From assembly GCA_944372595.1 (NCBI GenBank), contig CALVZT010000001.1:1-29461 (forward strand): DNA of 29,461 nt. Reading direction: 5' to 3'. Position 1 is the stretch's first letter. Every line of letters starts with the position of its first letter. The notes under the pieces are model-generated. The model did not search any database and was not told where the DNA came from. It worked only from the letters and a program-made list of their open reading frames with translations. This document shows, piece after piece, positions 1-9,295 of the stretch. The DNA comes from an uncultured Clostridia bacterium. GTDB lineage: Bacteria; Bacillota; Clostridia; Christensenellales; UBA1242. The position numbers were made by a program, and so were the translations under genes.

Positions 1-843
1 TTTCATTAACATTGCCATTGTTATTGCACACATAATATTTTCAATGTTGTGTCTGCCTAATAATTTAATATCTTTAACATCAATTATTTTTGTAGTCTTT
101 TTGTCGCTAAAATATATTGTGTTATCTATACAATATGTACCTTTTAATTTTTCAAAACCAAAATAATATCTTTGAGCAGGCGAAATAATTTTTTGAGAAA
201 TGTTACAATCTTTATTTAGTACAAGATAATCATGTATTGTCATATTTTTAGCAATTTTGTATTTAGCACTTATGTAATTTTTGAAGGTTTTATGAAAGTC
301 CAAATGATCAACTGTTATGTTTGTAATAGCGGCAATATGCGGTTTGAATCTATCAATATTTTCTAATTGAAAACTACTAACTTCACACACAAAAGCATCT
401 TTTTTTGTTTGCTTTGATATTACAGAACTAACAGCAACTCCAATATTTCCCGCAACAGTTACGTGTCTTTTGGCACAACTTACGATATGACCTAATATGC
501 TTGTTGTTGTCGTTTTGCCATTTGTACCAGTAATAGCATAAAAAGCATTTTTGCAATTACGGTATGCAAATTCGAGTTCGGGCATTACTTGTACACCTTT
601 GCTAATTGCATATTTTAATATCTCATTGATTTTAACAGATGGACTTATAACTATAATATCCATCGACTTTGCAATCTGTTTGGTCATTTTTTCAATTACA
701 AAAACATTATAATTTTGAGCCCATTCTTTATTAACACCGTTATCGTCAAACAAAAATATGAGGTTGGACGTATCAAGTAGATAAGAAAGTACCCCTCTAC
801 CACTTTTGCCAAGTCCCCATATTAAAACTTTTTGATTTTTCAT
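1..843 (-). CDS. murD: UDP-N-acetylmuramoyl-L-alanine--D-glutamate ligase MurD, 5' portion; runs off the left edge of the window
   Basis: Not in the ORF track. Manual translation from the ATG at 843 gives MKNQKVLIWGLGKSGRGVLSYLLD (GLGxSG start typical of MurD). The Mur-ligase P-loop AITGTNGKTTTT lies near 505-540. SD-like AAGGTG upstream; directly follows mraY. Confidence 0.95.
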   Translation of the reverse strand, partial: MKNQKVLIWGLGKSGRGVLSYLLDTSNLIFLFDDNGVNKEWAQNYNVFVIEKMTKQIAKSMDIIVISPSVKINEILKYAISKGVQVMPELEFAYRNCKNAFYAITGTNGKTTTTSILGHIVSCAKRHVTVAGNIGVAVSSVISKQTKKDAFVCEVSSFQLENIDRFKPHIAAITNITVDHLDFHKTFKNYISAKYKIAKNMTIHDYLVLNKDCNISQKIISPAQRYYFGFEKLKGTYCIDNTIYFSDKKTTKIIDVKDIKLLGRHNIENIMCAITMAMLMK

Positions 844-846
844 ACA

Positions 847-1839
847 TCACCTTATAATATTTATTAATATACAACCGATAGCAATTATGGTTGTTATAAT
901 AATATATATGGTAACAATTTTACTTTCATTACAACCTTTTTTTTCAAAATGATGATGAAGAGGTGCCATAAGAAATATTCTTCTTTTTGTGCGTTTATAA
1001 TGGAGTACTTGAATAATAACCGACAAACTCGACACGACATACATCACCCCAAGAATGATAATATACAAACTATAACTACTAAGTATTCCAACTGCCCCAA
1101 CCAATGCTCCAATTGCCATCGAGCCAGTATCACCCATAAATATTTTTGCCTTATAACTATTAAAACAAAGAAAGCCAATAAGTCCACCGGCCATTGCTCC
1201 ACAAACGACAATTATATTACCAAGTTGCAAAGCATAATCACTGGTTACTAAACCACTTGTTGCAAATAGCGACAAAAGTATACCAAATCCAATAAAATAT
1301 ACAGCACTTACTCCCCCTGCTAGTCCATCAAGTCCATCAGTTAAGTTAACACTATTTGATGTTGCGAGAATTACGATAATTGTATATGGTATCATAAACC
1401 AAGACAATCTTATTAAAATATCAGAAAAAGGTAAATATATCCCCTCAGTCATAGAGTTAGTATAAGCATAAACAGCAATTATGAGGGCAAGTCCAACTTG
1501 TCCAATTATTTTTTGATAAGGGCGAAGTCCAAGATTTCTTTTGCACTTGATCTTAATAAAGTCATCCAAAAATCCAAGCACAGCAAAGCCAAAAAATAGA
1601 GCAAGACACATAAGTGCAAAGTGAAATGAAGCGTCAAAAAATATAACACTCGAAGCTATGGTCGAAAATATAAAAATTATTCCACCCATAGTTGGTGTGC
1701 CTTGCTTTTGAGTATGTGATTCAACATAATGCAATATATTTTGCCCAAATTTTAAACGTTTTGTAAGTTTAATAATTAATGGAGCAACAATCACTGCTAT
1801 AAAAAATGATACTAAAAGTGCAGATAAAAATTTTGCCAC
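847..1839 (-). CDS. mraY: Phospho-N-acetylmuramoyl-pentapeptide transferase MraY
   Basis: Motifs KQGTPTMGG, LGFLDDFIK, NSVNLTDGLDGL, FMGDTGS and MAPLHHHFE; about 10 hydrophobic segments; GTG start with AGGAG SD; dcw context. Confidence 0.98.
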   Translation of the reverse strand: MAKFLSALLVSFFIAVIVAPLIIKLTKRLKFGQNILHYVESHTQKQGTPTMGGIIFIFSTIASSVIFFDASFHFALMCLALFFGFAVLGFLDDFIKIKCKRNLGLRPYQKIIGQVGLALIIAVYAYTNSMTEGIYLPFSDILIRLSWFMIPYTIIVILATSNSVNLTDGLDGLAGGVSAVYFIGFGILLSLFATSGLVTSDYALQLGNIIVVCGAMAGGLIGFLCFNSYKAKIFMGDTGSMAIGALVGAVGILSSYSLYIIILGVMYVVSSLSVIIQVLHYKRTKRRIFLMAPLHHHFEKKGCNESKIVTIYIIITTIIAIGCILINIIR

Positions 1840-1848
1840 AATTATCTC

Positions 1849-3258
1849 CTATTTTTTATAATATTCTTTAACAATTTCATAATCGCTAAACGGATATTTG
1901 ATGCCTTTTATCTCTTGATAATCTTCGGCACCTTTACCACAAATCAAGACAATGTCTTTTTTTCTTGCAATATCCATTGCCTTGTAAATTGCAATTTTTC
2001 TATCGGCGATATAATAAGCGTTACCATTAATACCCTCTTTTATATCTTCAATAATTTTTTCTGGATCTTCATCTCTTGGATTATCACTTGTAACAATTAC
2101 GATATCACTAAGTCGCGAAGCGACTTCTCCCATAATTTTTCTTTTCTTTTTATCACGATTACCCCCGCAACCAAAAACTGTAATAATTTTACCTTTACAA
2201 AATTGCTTTACTGATTCTAGTACTTTTTGTAAGCCATCAGGGGTATGTGCATAATCAATGGCGACATGTATTTTACCCGGCACCAATTCCAATCTTCCAT
2301 CAACATGGACTTGCTTTATACCTTTGATTATATCCTTTGTTTTTACTCCTATACTAATTGCGATTGCAGTTGCACACATTGCGTTGTAAATATTAAAATT
2401 GCCAAGTAGTGAAGTTTTTGCTTTATAACTTTTACCATTAATAACCAAATCAAAAACTGTTTTTTTGCTATAATATTTTGCGTTTTTATAACTTATATTT
2501 CCATTGACACCATACGTAATACTTTTGCCTTCTCTTTGTTTGACATAACGTTTGCAATAATCATCATCAACATTAATAGCAATATTTGGACAAGCATTCA
2601 AAAAACTTAATTTTGTTAACGCATAATTGTCCATCGTTTCAAAAAAATCAATATGGTCTTGGGTGATATTAGTTATTGCACCAACTAAAAATTCAATATT
2701 ACTAATTTTACTAAGAGCAATAGCATGGGCTGATACTTCCATTACCACATATTCAACTTGTTTTTTAACCATTTCGGCAAAAAGCCCATTTAACTCAATC
2801 GGATCGGGAGTGGTAAGAGAGCAAAAATATTTTTGCCCCATAATTTTTGCACCATTTGTGCCGATAATGCCGACTTTTTTACCACATTTTTGTAAAATAT
2901 TTGCAACTATGTTAGTAGTTGTTGTCTTGCCATTAGTACCTGTAATACCAATAATTTTCAATTTATTTTGGGGATTGTTATAAAAGTTTGATGCAATTAT
3001 ACTAATTGCTTGTCTTGTGTCTTCAACTAAAATTTGTGGGATATCAACATTTAACTTTTTTTCTACTATTAAAGCAATTGCCCCATTATCAATGGCTTCA
3101 TTTACAAAATCATGGCTATCAACACTAACCCCTTGATAACAAAAGAACAATGAATTTGGCTTTTGATATTTTGAATTTGTCATTAAATTGTCAATCTCTA
3201 AATCTTCAAAATTAATTTTATTACATTGCAAATTTTCAATAATTTTGCTTAATTTCAT
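1849..3258 (-). CDS. murE: UDP-N-acetylmuramoyl-L-alanyl-D-glutamate--2,6-diaminopimelate ligase MurE
   Basis: GITGTNGKTTT, TTPDP, MEVSAH, DYAHTPDG, FGCGGNRD and SDNPR (DNPR is the m-DAP-specific motif); AAGGAG SD. Confidence 0.97.
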   Translation of the reverse strand: MKLSKIIENLQCNKINFEDLEIDNLMTNSKYQKPNSLFFCYQGVSVDSHDFVNEAIDNGAIALIVEKKLNVDIPQILVEDTRQAISIIASNFYNNPQNKLKIIGITGTNGKTTTTNIVANILQKCGKKVGIIGTNGAKIMGQKYFCSLTTPDPIELNGLFAEMVKKQVEYVVMEVSAHAIALSKISNIEFLVGAITNITQDHIDFFETMDNYALTKLSFLNACPNIAINVDDDYCKRYVKQREGKSITYGVNGNISYKNAKYYSKKTVFDLVINGKSYKAKTSLLGNFNIYNAMCATAIAISIGVKTKDIIKGIKQVHVDGRLELVPGKIHVAIDYAHTPDGLQKVLESVKQFCKGKIITVFGCGGNRDKKKRKIMGEVASRLSDIVIVTSDNPRDEDPEKIIEDIKEGINGNAYYIADRKIAIYKAMDIARKKDIVLICGKGAEDYQEIKGIKYPFSDYEIVKEYYKK

Positions 3259-3271
3259 AATTTACTCCTTT

Positions 3272-5155
3272 CTAACCCAGTTTTAATAATATAGTTGAAC
3301 CAACATACAATTTTGTATCAGGAGATGGAAATTGACTGACAACAATACCATCTTCTCCATCTACTTCAAAATAAAATCCTAAACCATTAAGTACGGAATA
3401 TGCTTCGGAGATTGTTTTACCTACCAAGTTAGGTACTGTTACTTGCTCTTGCTCGACAAAATTGCTTGGCTTAATATTTTTGTAATCAAACATTCCACTA
3501 AAAATTTGTTTAGCATAAGGGCTTGCTACAACACTTCCATAATACGCTCCACTACTTGGCTCATCAACACATAATAACATTACATATTCTGGATTATCAG
3601 CAGGATATGTCCCTATAAAACTTGATACATATTTGCCATTAGCGATAACCCCGTTTTCATATTTTTGAGCAGTACCAGTCTTGCCTCCAATTCTATATCC
3701 TTCAACAAAACTCTCTTTACCACCCTTGACACTAACTACCTCTTCCATCATCATATTGATTGTATTAGATGTTTCTTGACTAACAACATTTTTTCTTATA
3801 ATAGTACTTGTTAACTGGGTATCACCAATTTGTTTGACAAAATGTGGCTCGTATAATGTTCCACCATTAACAGCACAACAAACGGCACTAATTAGTTGAA
3901 GTGGAGTCACAGCGACCGCTTGACCAAAGCCAATACGGGCAAGGTCCACATTTTGAACACTATCAATATTCATTAGTATTCCTCCGCTTTCTCCTGCAAA
4001 ATCAACTCCTGTTTTTGAACCAATCCCAAAATTTTGAAGATAATTATATAACTTTTCTTTACCTAATCTAAGAGCAAGTTCCACAAAAACTACGTTACAT
4101 GAATTGCAAAAACCTTCAACAAGTGTTTCACTGCCGTGGCCTATTGTTCTCCAACATTTTATTTTTTGCCCATCAACAATCTTATACCCACTGTCATAAA
4201 ATTTATCTGTTGTTTTGGTTACGTTTTCATTAAGAGCGGCAGCAGTTGTCAATATTTTGAATGTTGAACCTGGCTCATACACGTCAACAATCATCGTGTT
4301 TTTGCTTAATGCATTGAGTGTACTAACGTCGTCACGTGGAAGATTGTTGTTGTCAAGACTTGGCAAACTTGCCATAGCAACAATCTCCCCATTTTTGGCA
4401 TTCATAATAATAGCACTTGCTTGTTTTGGCTTGTGGTCGACCATAATTTGTGCAAGAACATTCTCAACGATTAATTGAATGTTTGCATCGATTGTTAATG
4501 TAATTGTAAGTCCATCTACAGCTGGAATAAATGTATCAAGACTGTTTCCAAGTTCAATTCCTTTAACATCACTCTCAACAAGACTCTTACCATCTACTCC
4601 TTGCAAAAATTTATCATAATACATTTCAAGTCCTGTTTGCCCAATTCCATCAATAGTCGTATATCCAATCACCTTGCTTAACAGACTATTATATGGATAA
4701 TACCGTTTGACATTTTGACTTATATAAATTCCTGGCAAATTTTTATCAACTATTTTTTTTATGGTATTTTCATCAACTTGCATTTTTATTAGGACTTCAC
4801 TGGTTATACTGTTACTTATTTTGTTATATACGGTATCGTAACTTATGTTGAGTACGCTTGATAAATGAGAAGCAACTTCCCCTTTATCAACCACGTTTTT
4901 TGATCTTACATACACATCATAAGTTGTGTAAGACGTTGCAAGTACACTACCTTTTGTATCCAATATATCTCCTCTTTTGGCAACAATTGGTAATGCTCTT
5001 GTCCATTGACTAGACGCCAGAGTTTGCAATTCCTCCGCCTTTATTACTTGCAAAAATATCAATCTGCCTGCAAGTACCAAAAAAACAAAGGTTACTAGCA
5101 TTATTAACGCTAGTAACCTCTTTTGTAATGAAAATATAGAATATTTTAATTGCAC
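3272..5155 (-). CDS. spoVD: Class B penicillin-binding protein, SpoVD/FtsI type, with one C-terminal PASTA domain
   Basis: N-terminal TM anchor, dimerisation domain (RGDILD, RYYP), catalytic EPGSTFK (SxxK), SCN (SxN) and KTGTAQK motifs. KCWR...HG...SCN resembles SpoVD. VPNLVG marks the PASTA start. It could equally be the vegetative FtsI orthologue. Confidence 0.8.
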   Translation of the reverse strand: MQLKYSIFSLQKRLLALIMLVTFVFLVLAGRLIFLQVIKAEELQTLASSQWTRALPIVAKRGDILDTKGSVLATSYTTYDVYVRSKNVVDKGEVASHLSSVLNISYDTVYNKISNSITSEVLIKMQVDENTIKKIVDKNLPGIYISQNVKRYYPYNSLLSKVIGYTTIDGIGQTGLEMYYDKFLQGVDGKSLVESDVKGIELGNSLDTFIPAVDGLTITLTIDANIQLIVENVLAQIMVDHKPKQASAIIMNAKNGEIVAMASLPSLDNNNLPRDDVSTLNALSKNTMIVDVYEPGSTFKILTTAAALNENVTKTTDKFYDSGYKIVDGQKIKCWRTIGHGSETLVEGFCNSCNVVFVELALRLGKEKLYNYLQNFGIGSKTGVDFAGESGGILMNIDSVQNVDLARIGFGQAVAVTPLQLISAVCCAVNGGTLYEPHFVKQIGDTQLTSTIIRKNVVSQETSNTINMMMEEVVSVKGGKESFVEGYRIGGKTGTAQKYENGVIANGKYVSSFIGTYPADNPEYVMLLCVDEPSSGAYYGSVVASPYAKQIFSGMFDYKNIKPSNFVEQEQVTVPNLVGKTISEAYSVLNGLGFYFEVDGEDGIVVSQFPSPDTKLYVGSTILLKLG

Positions 5156-5167
5156 AAGTACCTCATT

Positions 5168-5689
5168 TTATCCTCCAAATATGGCAGAAATAAATTCGCA
5201 TACTTTATCGAACCAATTTGTTTCAGTAACATAGTCAACTTTTGAAAGTTTTTCGAGTTTTTTCAACTTTGTTATGTTATTGCTATCAATTTTGCTCATT
5301 CCAATGTCTTCTGGGGTGACACCATTGACATTTGCTAAAATTTCTTCAAGACTATCAAGTTTTGCCTGTTCTACTTCAAGCAAGGCAGATTTTTGAGCAA
5401 TAGATTCCCTATAATTTCCAATTGATACGGCATTGTATATTAGCAATGCCCCAAGCAATACTACAATCGTTGCATATACTGCAATGATAAGTTTCATTCG
5501 CAAACTGATATTAAGATGAGTACGAGTTTTTGCTTTTGCTTCTTGTCTGTCCGCAAGATTAAGTTCAATGGTTTGACTATCAATACGAGCATTGTCAAGT
5601 AATTGACTAAAATCTTGGGTCTTGTAAGAATTGTCAAATTCTTTCAACTCTACATCAACATCGGTATCTAATAAAGTTTTGCTAGACAT
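5168..5689 (-). CDS. FtsL-like cell-division protein (single TM plus coiled coil)
   Basis: Sits between rsmH and the class B PBP, the canonical ftsL position. Cytoplasmic N-terminus, one TM (LIIAVYATIVVLLGALLIYNAV), then a heptad-rich coiled coil. The sequence itself is not recognisably conserved. Confidence 0.65.
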   Translation of the reverse strand: MSSKTLLDTDVDVELKEFDNSYKTQDFSQLLDNARIDSQTIELNLADRQEAKAKTRTHLNISLRMKLIIAVYATIVVLLGALLIYNAVSIGNYRESIAQKSALLEVEQAKLDSLEEILANVNGVTPEDIGMSKIDSNNITKLKKLEKLSKVDYVTETNWFDKVCEFISAIFGG

Positions 5690-5724
5690 TGTATTATACT
5701 CTCCTTTTAATAAGATTAGAACAT

Positions 5725-6654
5725 TTATAACTTCTCGACTACTCTTAATTTTGCTGAGTGACTTCTTTTATTTATCTTTATTTCTTCATTACTTGGAACA
5801 ATAGGTTTTTTTGAAATTAATTTTATTTTTGCTTTGTGATGACATACACAAATTGGTAAATTCTTAGGACACAAGCAATCAGTTGCCTCACTTTTAAATA
5901 CATCCTTAATTATTCTGTCTTCTAGTGAATGAAATGTTAAGACACACATTCTGCCACCGACATTCAAACTATCAATCATTTCTTCGACAACTTCGGCTAA
6001 TTTATCAAGTTCCCCATTAACCTCTATCCTAATTGCCTGGAATATTCTTTTTACTGGGTTATTTGTAAAAACTAATTTGGCTGGAACACAACCCTCAATG
6101 ATTTTTACCAATTGACTGGTAGTTGTGATAGGACTATTTTCTCTACTTTTTACTATATTTTGAGCAATTACCTTCGAAAATTGCTCTTCTCCATATTCGT
6201 AGAAAATTTTTGTTAGTTGCTCTTGACTATAATTGTTAATGACGTATTTTGCATCAAATTCTTGTCTGCTATCCATACGCATATCAAGTTCGCCGTCATT
6301 AACATACGAAAATCCTCTTAATGGATTGTCTAATTGATATGACGATACTCCAAGGTCAATTAATATACCATCAACTTTATTAATTCTATTATCTGCTAGT
6401 ATTTTGGAATAATTTTTGTAATCATCATTTACAAAAATTTTTTTGCATTCACCTTTAAGTCTTGATTTGCTTACTGCAATCGCTTCGCCATCTTTGTCAA
6501 TACCAATTAAGGTCCCTTTGCTAGATAATCTTTTAATAATTTCTTGGCTATGTCCAGCGCCACCAATGGTTGCATCAACATATATACCATCAGGCTTGAT
6601 TGCTAACATATCAATACATTCATTAAGCATAATCGGTATGTGTTTAAATTCCAT
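5725..6654 (-). CDS. rsmH: 16S rRNA m4C1402 methyltransferase RsmH (MraW)
   Basis: HIPIML, DATIGGAGHS, DLGVSSYQLD, RGFSY, LDMRMD, FQAIRIEVNGEL, TFHSLEDRI and NKRSHSAKLRV. Start is either the ATG at 6654 or the GTG at 6660; overlaps the mraZ stop. Confidence 0.98.
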   Translation of the reverse strand: MEFKHIPIMLNECIDMLAIKPDGIYVDATIGGAGHSQEIIKRLSSKGTLIGIDKDGEAIAVSKSRLKGECKKIFVNDDYKNYSKILADNRINKVDGILIDLGVSSYQLDNPLRGFSYVNDGELDMRMDSRQEFDAKYVINNYSQEQLTKIFYEYGEEQFSKVIAQNIVKSRENSPITTTSQLVKIIEGCVPAKLVFTNNPVKRIFQAIRIEVNGELDKLAEVVEEMIDSLNVGGRMCVLTFHSLEDRIIKDVFKSEATDCLCPKNLPICVCHHKAKIKLISKKPIVPSNEEIKINKRSHSAKLRVVEKL

Positions 6655-7069
6655 ACTCACCTAGACTTATTAATAAATTATCATAATCCTTTTGCTTTTG
6701 GTCATAGTAATCATCCCATGATTTTTTATCCCATAGTTCCACACGATTACCAACTCCTACAAAAACAATGTCTTTTTGGATACCTGCCCACACTTTTAAT
6801 GGTTGTGGTAGCAAAAATCTGCCTTGGTTGTCTTCAATAATTTCAGAAGCACTCGAAAGCAATAATCTTAGTGAATCTTGTGCCGGACTAAACATTGGTA
6901 AATCATTTGATTTGTTTAATAAATTATTGAAAGTATTGCTTGGCAAAATATATAGACATTTATGACTACCTTTAATTATTGTCGCATTACTAAGTTCTGG
7001 CTTCAATTTTTTTGGTAATCTTAGTCTATTCTTTTCGTCTATTTGATGATAATAGACCCCAAGCAACAT
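6644..7069 (-). CDS. mraZ: Division/cell-wall cluster transcriptional regulator MraZ
   Basis: MLLGVYYHQIDEKNRL and IIEDNQGRFLLP (two DxxxR AbrB-like repeats), plus FVGVGNRVELW. Start moved from 7087 to the ATG at 7069 because GGAGG lies just upstream of it. Confidence 0.96.
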   Translation of the reverse strand: MLLGVYYHQIDEKNRLRLPKKLKPELSNATIIKGSHKCLYILPSNTFNNLLNKSNDLPMFSPAQDSLRLLLSSASEIIEDNQGRFLLPQPLKVWAGIQKDIVFVGVGNRVELWDKKSWDDYYDQKQKDYDNLLISLGEYGI

Positions 7070-7091
7070 AAGTATCCTCCTCGACATCTAT

Positions 7092-7121
7092 ATTGTACAA
7101 CATTTTTTTAACCACTTACAA
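7092..7121 (-). promoter_or_regulatory. Putative sigmaA promoter of the dcw operon (TTGTAA-N18-TACAAT)
   Basis: The minus strand reads TTGTAA at 7121-7116 and TACAAT at 7097-7092, upstream of the mraZ SD. The -35 overlaps the MraZ boxes. Confidence 0.55.
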
Positions 7122-7140
7122 CCACTTTTGACCACTTTTT
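7111..7140 (-). promoter_or_regulatory. MraZ-binding repeats (3 x AAGTGGT, 10-bp period)
   Basis: The plus strand reads accacttaca accacttttg accacttttt. Phased GTGG-type repeats upstream of mraZ are the established MraZ operator. Confidence 0.88.
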
Positions 7141-7194
7141 TGTTTTTTTTATAAATTTTTTATAAGTTTTTCATATTAAATTTTTACAAAAAAT

Positions 7195-7225
7195 AAAAAA
7201 AATCGACAAAAAAGTGCCGACTTTT
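7195..7225 (-). terminator. Rho-independent terminator after the glycosyltransferase
   Basis: Minus-strand AAAAGTCGGCA-loop-TGTCGATTTT stem (two G-U pairs) followed by a long T run, about 30 nt after the stop at 7256. Confidence 0.65.
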
Positions 7226-7255
7226 ACAATCAAAAATAATAAAAATTACTTTAAT

Positions 7256-8419
7256 TTATAAACTATTTTTAGTTTCTAATAATGATTTATACCTTTCATA
7301 CGCTTTATCAACTGCTTTGTCCCAAGGAACATACAAATCTTCAAATGCCTTTTGTCCTACCTGCAATAATATTTTATCATTACTTGTAATATCAAACATT
7401 TTTTGAGCATATTTTTGGGCATCATTATCAGCAACAAAACCATTTACTTCGGGGGTTACCGTTCCCGCCGTCACTGCTCCTTCAATAAATAATGTTGGAG
7501 TCCTTTGAGATGCGGCCTCAATTTGTACTATTGAACTCGAATCATATAATGATGGAAATAAAAACAAATCGGCTCTTTTGTAATATTGACTTTTAAGATA
7601 ATCATCGGTTACTTTGCCACACATAATGATTTTGTCTTTTATGCCGCTTTTATCTATATATTTTTCTAATATGCTTCTATCTTGACCGTCGCCTACAAAC
7701 AACATTTTAAAATTGGGATTAAGTTGGTTATACTGGACAAGCGCATCAACAATAAATAATAAATTTTTAACAAGGTTAATTCTTCCTAAGAACAAGAATA
7801 CCTTTTCATTACGTTTTAGATTATATTTCTTATCTAATTCTTGGCAATCATCTTCAATTGGTACTAAGTTTGTTGCGTTATTCATAACAATTGATTTACC
7901 AACATAACCATACTGCTTAAATAATTTTTCAACTTCTTGGTTAACCGCCCAACCCTCATCTGCCATATTAAAAGTCTTCATTATTTTTTTCAATACAATA
8001 TTAGTTATAAGTTTGCTTTTTGTTACTTTATAGATATCTTTTTTAAATTGCGAATGGAATGTTGCAATTGCAACTTTATTATGCTTTTTTGCATATCTAA
8101 ATGCCATTTTGCCCACCCCAAATGGCGAATGTATGTGCACTATGTCTGGATTAAATTCACAAAGTGCCTTTTTGAATTTTTTATCAACGTTTGGTGTAGG
8201 AAGATTATAGTCAAGAAAAAAAACTTTTTTGGACTTGCACCTTACAACTTTATATTCAAAATTATCAACATAATTTTTATCCATAGTTGGACAAAATACC
8301 ATTACATCCACATCGTCTTTTTTATTTAAAATGTGAGCGTAATTATCCACTACATTTACAACTCCATCTATCATTGGATAATATGTATCGATAAACAATG
8401 CAATTTTTATTTTTGACAT
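7256..8419 (-). CDS. GT4-family (GT-B) glycosyltransferase, similar to 1,2-diacylglycerol 3-alpha-glucosyltransferases
   Basis: IALFIDTYYPMIDGV, DIVHIHSPF, ATFHSQF, FLGRINLVKN, LFVGDG and ADLFLFPSLYDSSSIVQIEAA (GT4 ExxxxxxxE-type motif, with D in the first position). Confidence 0.88.
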   Translation of the reverse strand: MSKIKIALFIDTYYPMIDGVVNVVDNYAHILNKKDDVDVMVFCPTMDKNYVDNFEYKVVRCKSKKVFFLDYNLPTPNVDKKFKKALCEFNPDIVHIHSPFGVGKMAFRYAKKHNKVAIATFHSQFKKDIYKVTKSKLITNIVLKKIMKTFNMADEGWAVNQEVEKLFKQYGYVGKSIVMNNATNLVPIEDDCQELDKKYNLKRNEKVFLFLGRINLVKNLLFIVDALVQYNQLNPNFKMLFVGDGQDRSILEKYIDKSGIKDKIIMCGKVTDDYLKSQYYKRADLFLFPSLYDSSSIVQIEAASQRTPTLFIEGAVTAGTVTPEVNGFVADNDAQKYAQKMFDITSNDKILLQVGQKAFEDLYVPWDKAVDKAYERYKSLLETKNSL

Positions 8420-8421
8420 AA

Positions 8422-9120
8422 TTATTTAATCCTTACTAACGTATTATTAACCTTATCACAACTTGTAAGATAATAAGTCGTTTTTTTGCGTTTAGTAATA
8501 AGTGTTGATTTGCTTTTACCATGCAAATGCCCGTATATAACAATTTTAATATCGTTATCTTCAATAATTTTAGTAAATTCCGACTCTTCTAATTTGCTAT
8601 TAAATGGTGGATAATGCATAATGCACACTAATTTATCTTTTTTGTTTGATATTTTTTTTGCACTATCAATGGACATTTTTAATCTTATTTGTTCCCTTTG
8701 ATAAATTTTGTTATCTTGTTCTGATAAACTTTTTTTATCTGGGAGCATCCAACCTCTACTACCACAAAAGACATATTTACCAATCCTTAAACTATCATTT
8801 TGTAATGCATATAACTTCTTTGGTAACGATTTTCTTACATTAGATATTGTACCCCACCAATAATCGTGATTGCCCTTGATGATAATTTTATGACCTTTAA
8901 GTGTTGATAAAAATTGCAAATCGGGGATTGCGTTTTCAAGTGTCATTGCCCAACTAATATCTCCTGCAATAACAACTATATCGTTGTCCCTGACTTTTTT
9001 GTCCCAGTCATTTTTTATTTTTTGTAAATAATCTTGCCAATTACCCCCAAAAATATCCATTGGCTTGGGATTATTGATTGACAAATGCAAATCGCTAATT
9101 GCAAATAACCTACTTCTCAT
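8422..9120 (-). CDS. Calcineurin-like metallophosphoesterase
   Basis: AISDLH, AGDISW, KGNHDYWW, MHYPP and YGHLHG give the complete metallophosphoesterase motif set. Confidence 0.92.
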   Translation of the reverse strand: MRSRLFAISDLHLSINNPKPMDIFGGNWQDYLQKIKNDWDKKVRDNDIVVIAGDISWAMTLENAIPDLQFLSTLKGHKIIIKGNHDYWWGTISNVRKSLPKKLYALQNDSLRIGKYVFCGSRGWMLPDKKSLSEQDNKIYQREQIRLKMSIDSAKKISNKKDKLVCIMHYPPFNSKLEESEFTKIIEDNDIKIVIYGHLHGKSKSTLITKRKKTTYYLTSCDKVNNTLVRIK

Positions 9121-9131
9121 GTGGTAAGTAT

Positions 9132-9159
9132 ATCATAACATTTTTTTTAAGTTAAACAA
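9132..9159 (-). promoter_or_regulatory. Extended -10 sigmaA-like promoter (TGtTATGAT) for the metallophosphoesterase-GT4 pair
   Basis: Minus-strand TG-T-TATGAT ends 11 nt before the ATG at 9120, with TTGTTT upstream. There is no SD in between. Confidence 0.5.
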
Positions 9160-9237
9160 ATAAATAATTAAATTTTACTTTTTAGAAAAATATTTTTTGT
9201 TATCGACAAATTAGTATGTAATGTAGTTAAAATTAAG

Positions 9238-9266
9238 TTGTAAAATAAGTTTTAATATGATATAAT
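9238..9266 (+). promoter_or_regulatory. sigmaA promoter of the tig-clpP-clpX-engB operon
   Basis: TTGTAA(9238)-N17-TATAAT(9261) with a TG extension (TGaTATAAT); AAGGAG SD before tig. Confidence 0.72.
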
Positions 9267-9295
9267 TAGTTCGCTAATATTAGAAGGAGAAATAT

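Noticed and set aside
949-6965. Short plus-strand ORFs within the dcw genes (949-1251, 1915-2214, 2627-2983, 4215-4478, 6443-6664, 6640-6840, 6768-6965)
   Set aside because: They are antisense shadows of well-supported essential genes, with no SD and no recognisable motifs.
7195-7225. GTCGGCAC hairpin faintly reminiscent of a tracrRNA 3' stem
   Set aside because: There is no cas gene, CRISPR repeat or anti-repeat in the window; its position after a stop codon and the T run explain it as an ordinary terminator.
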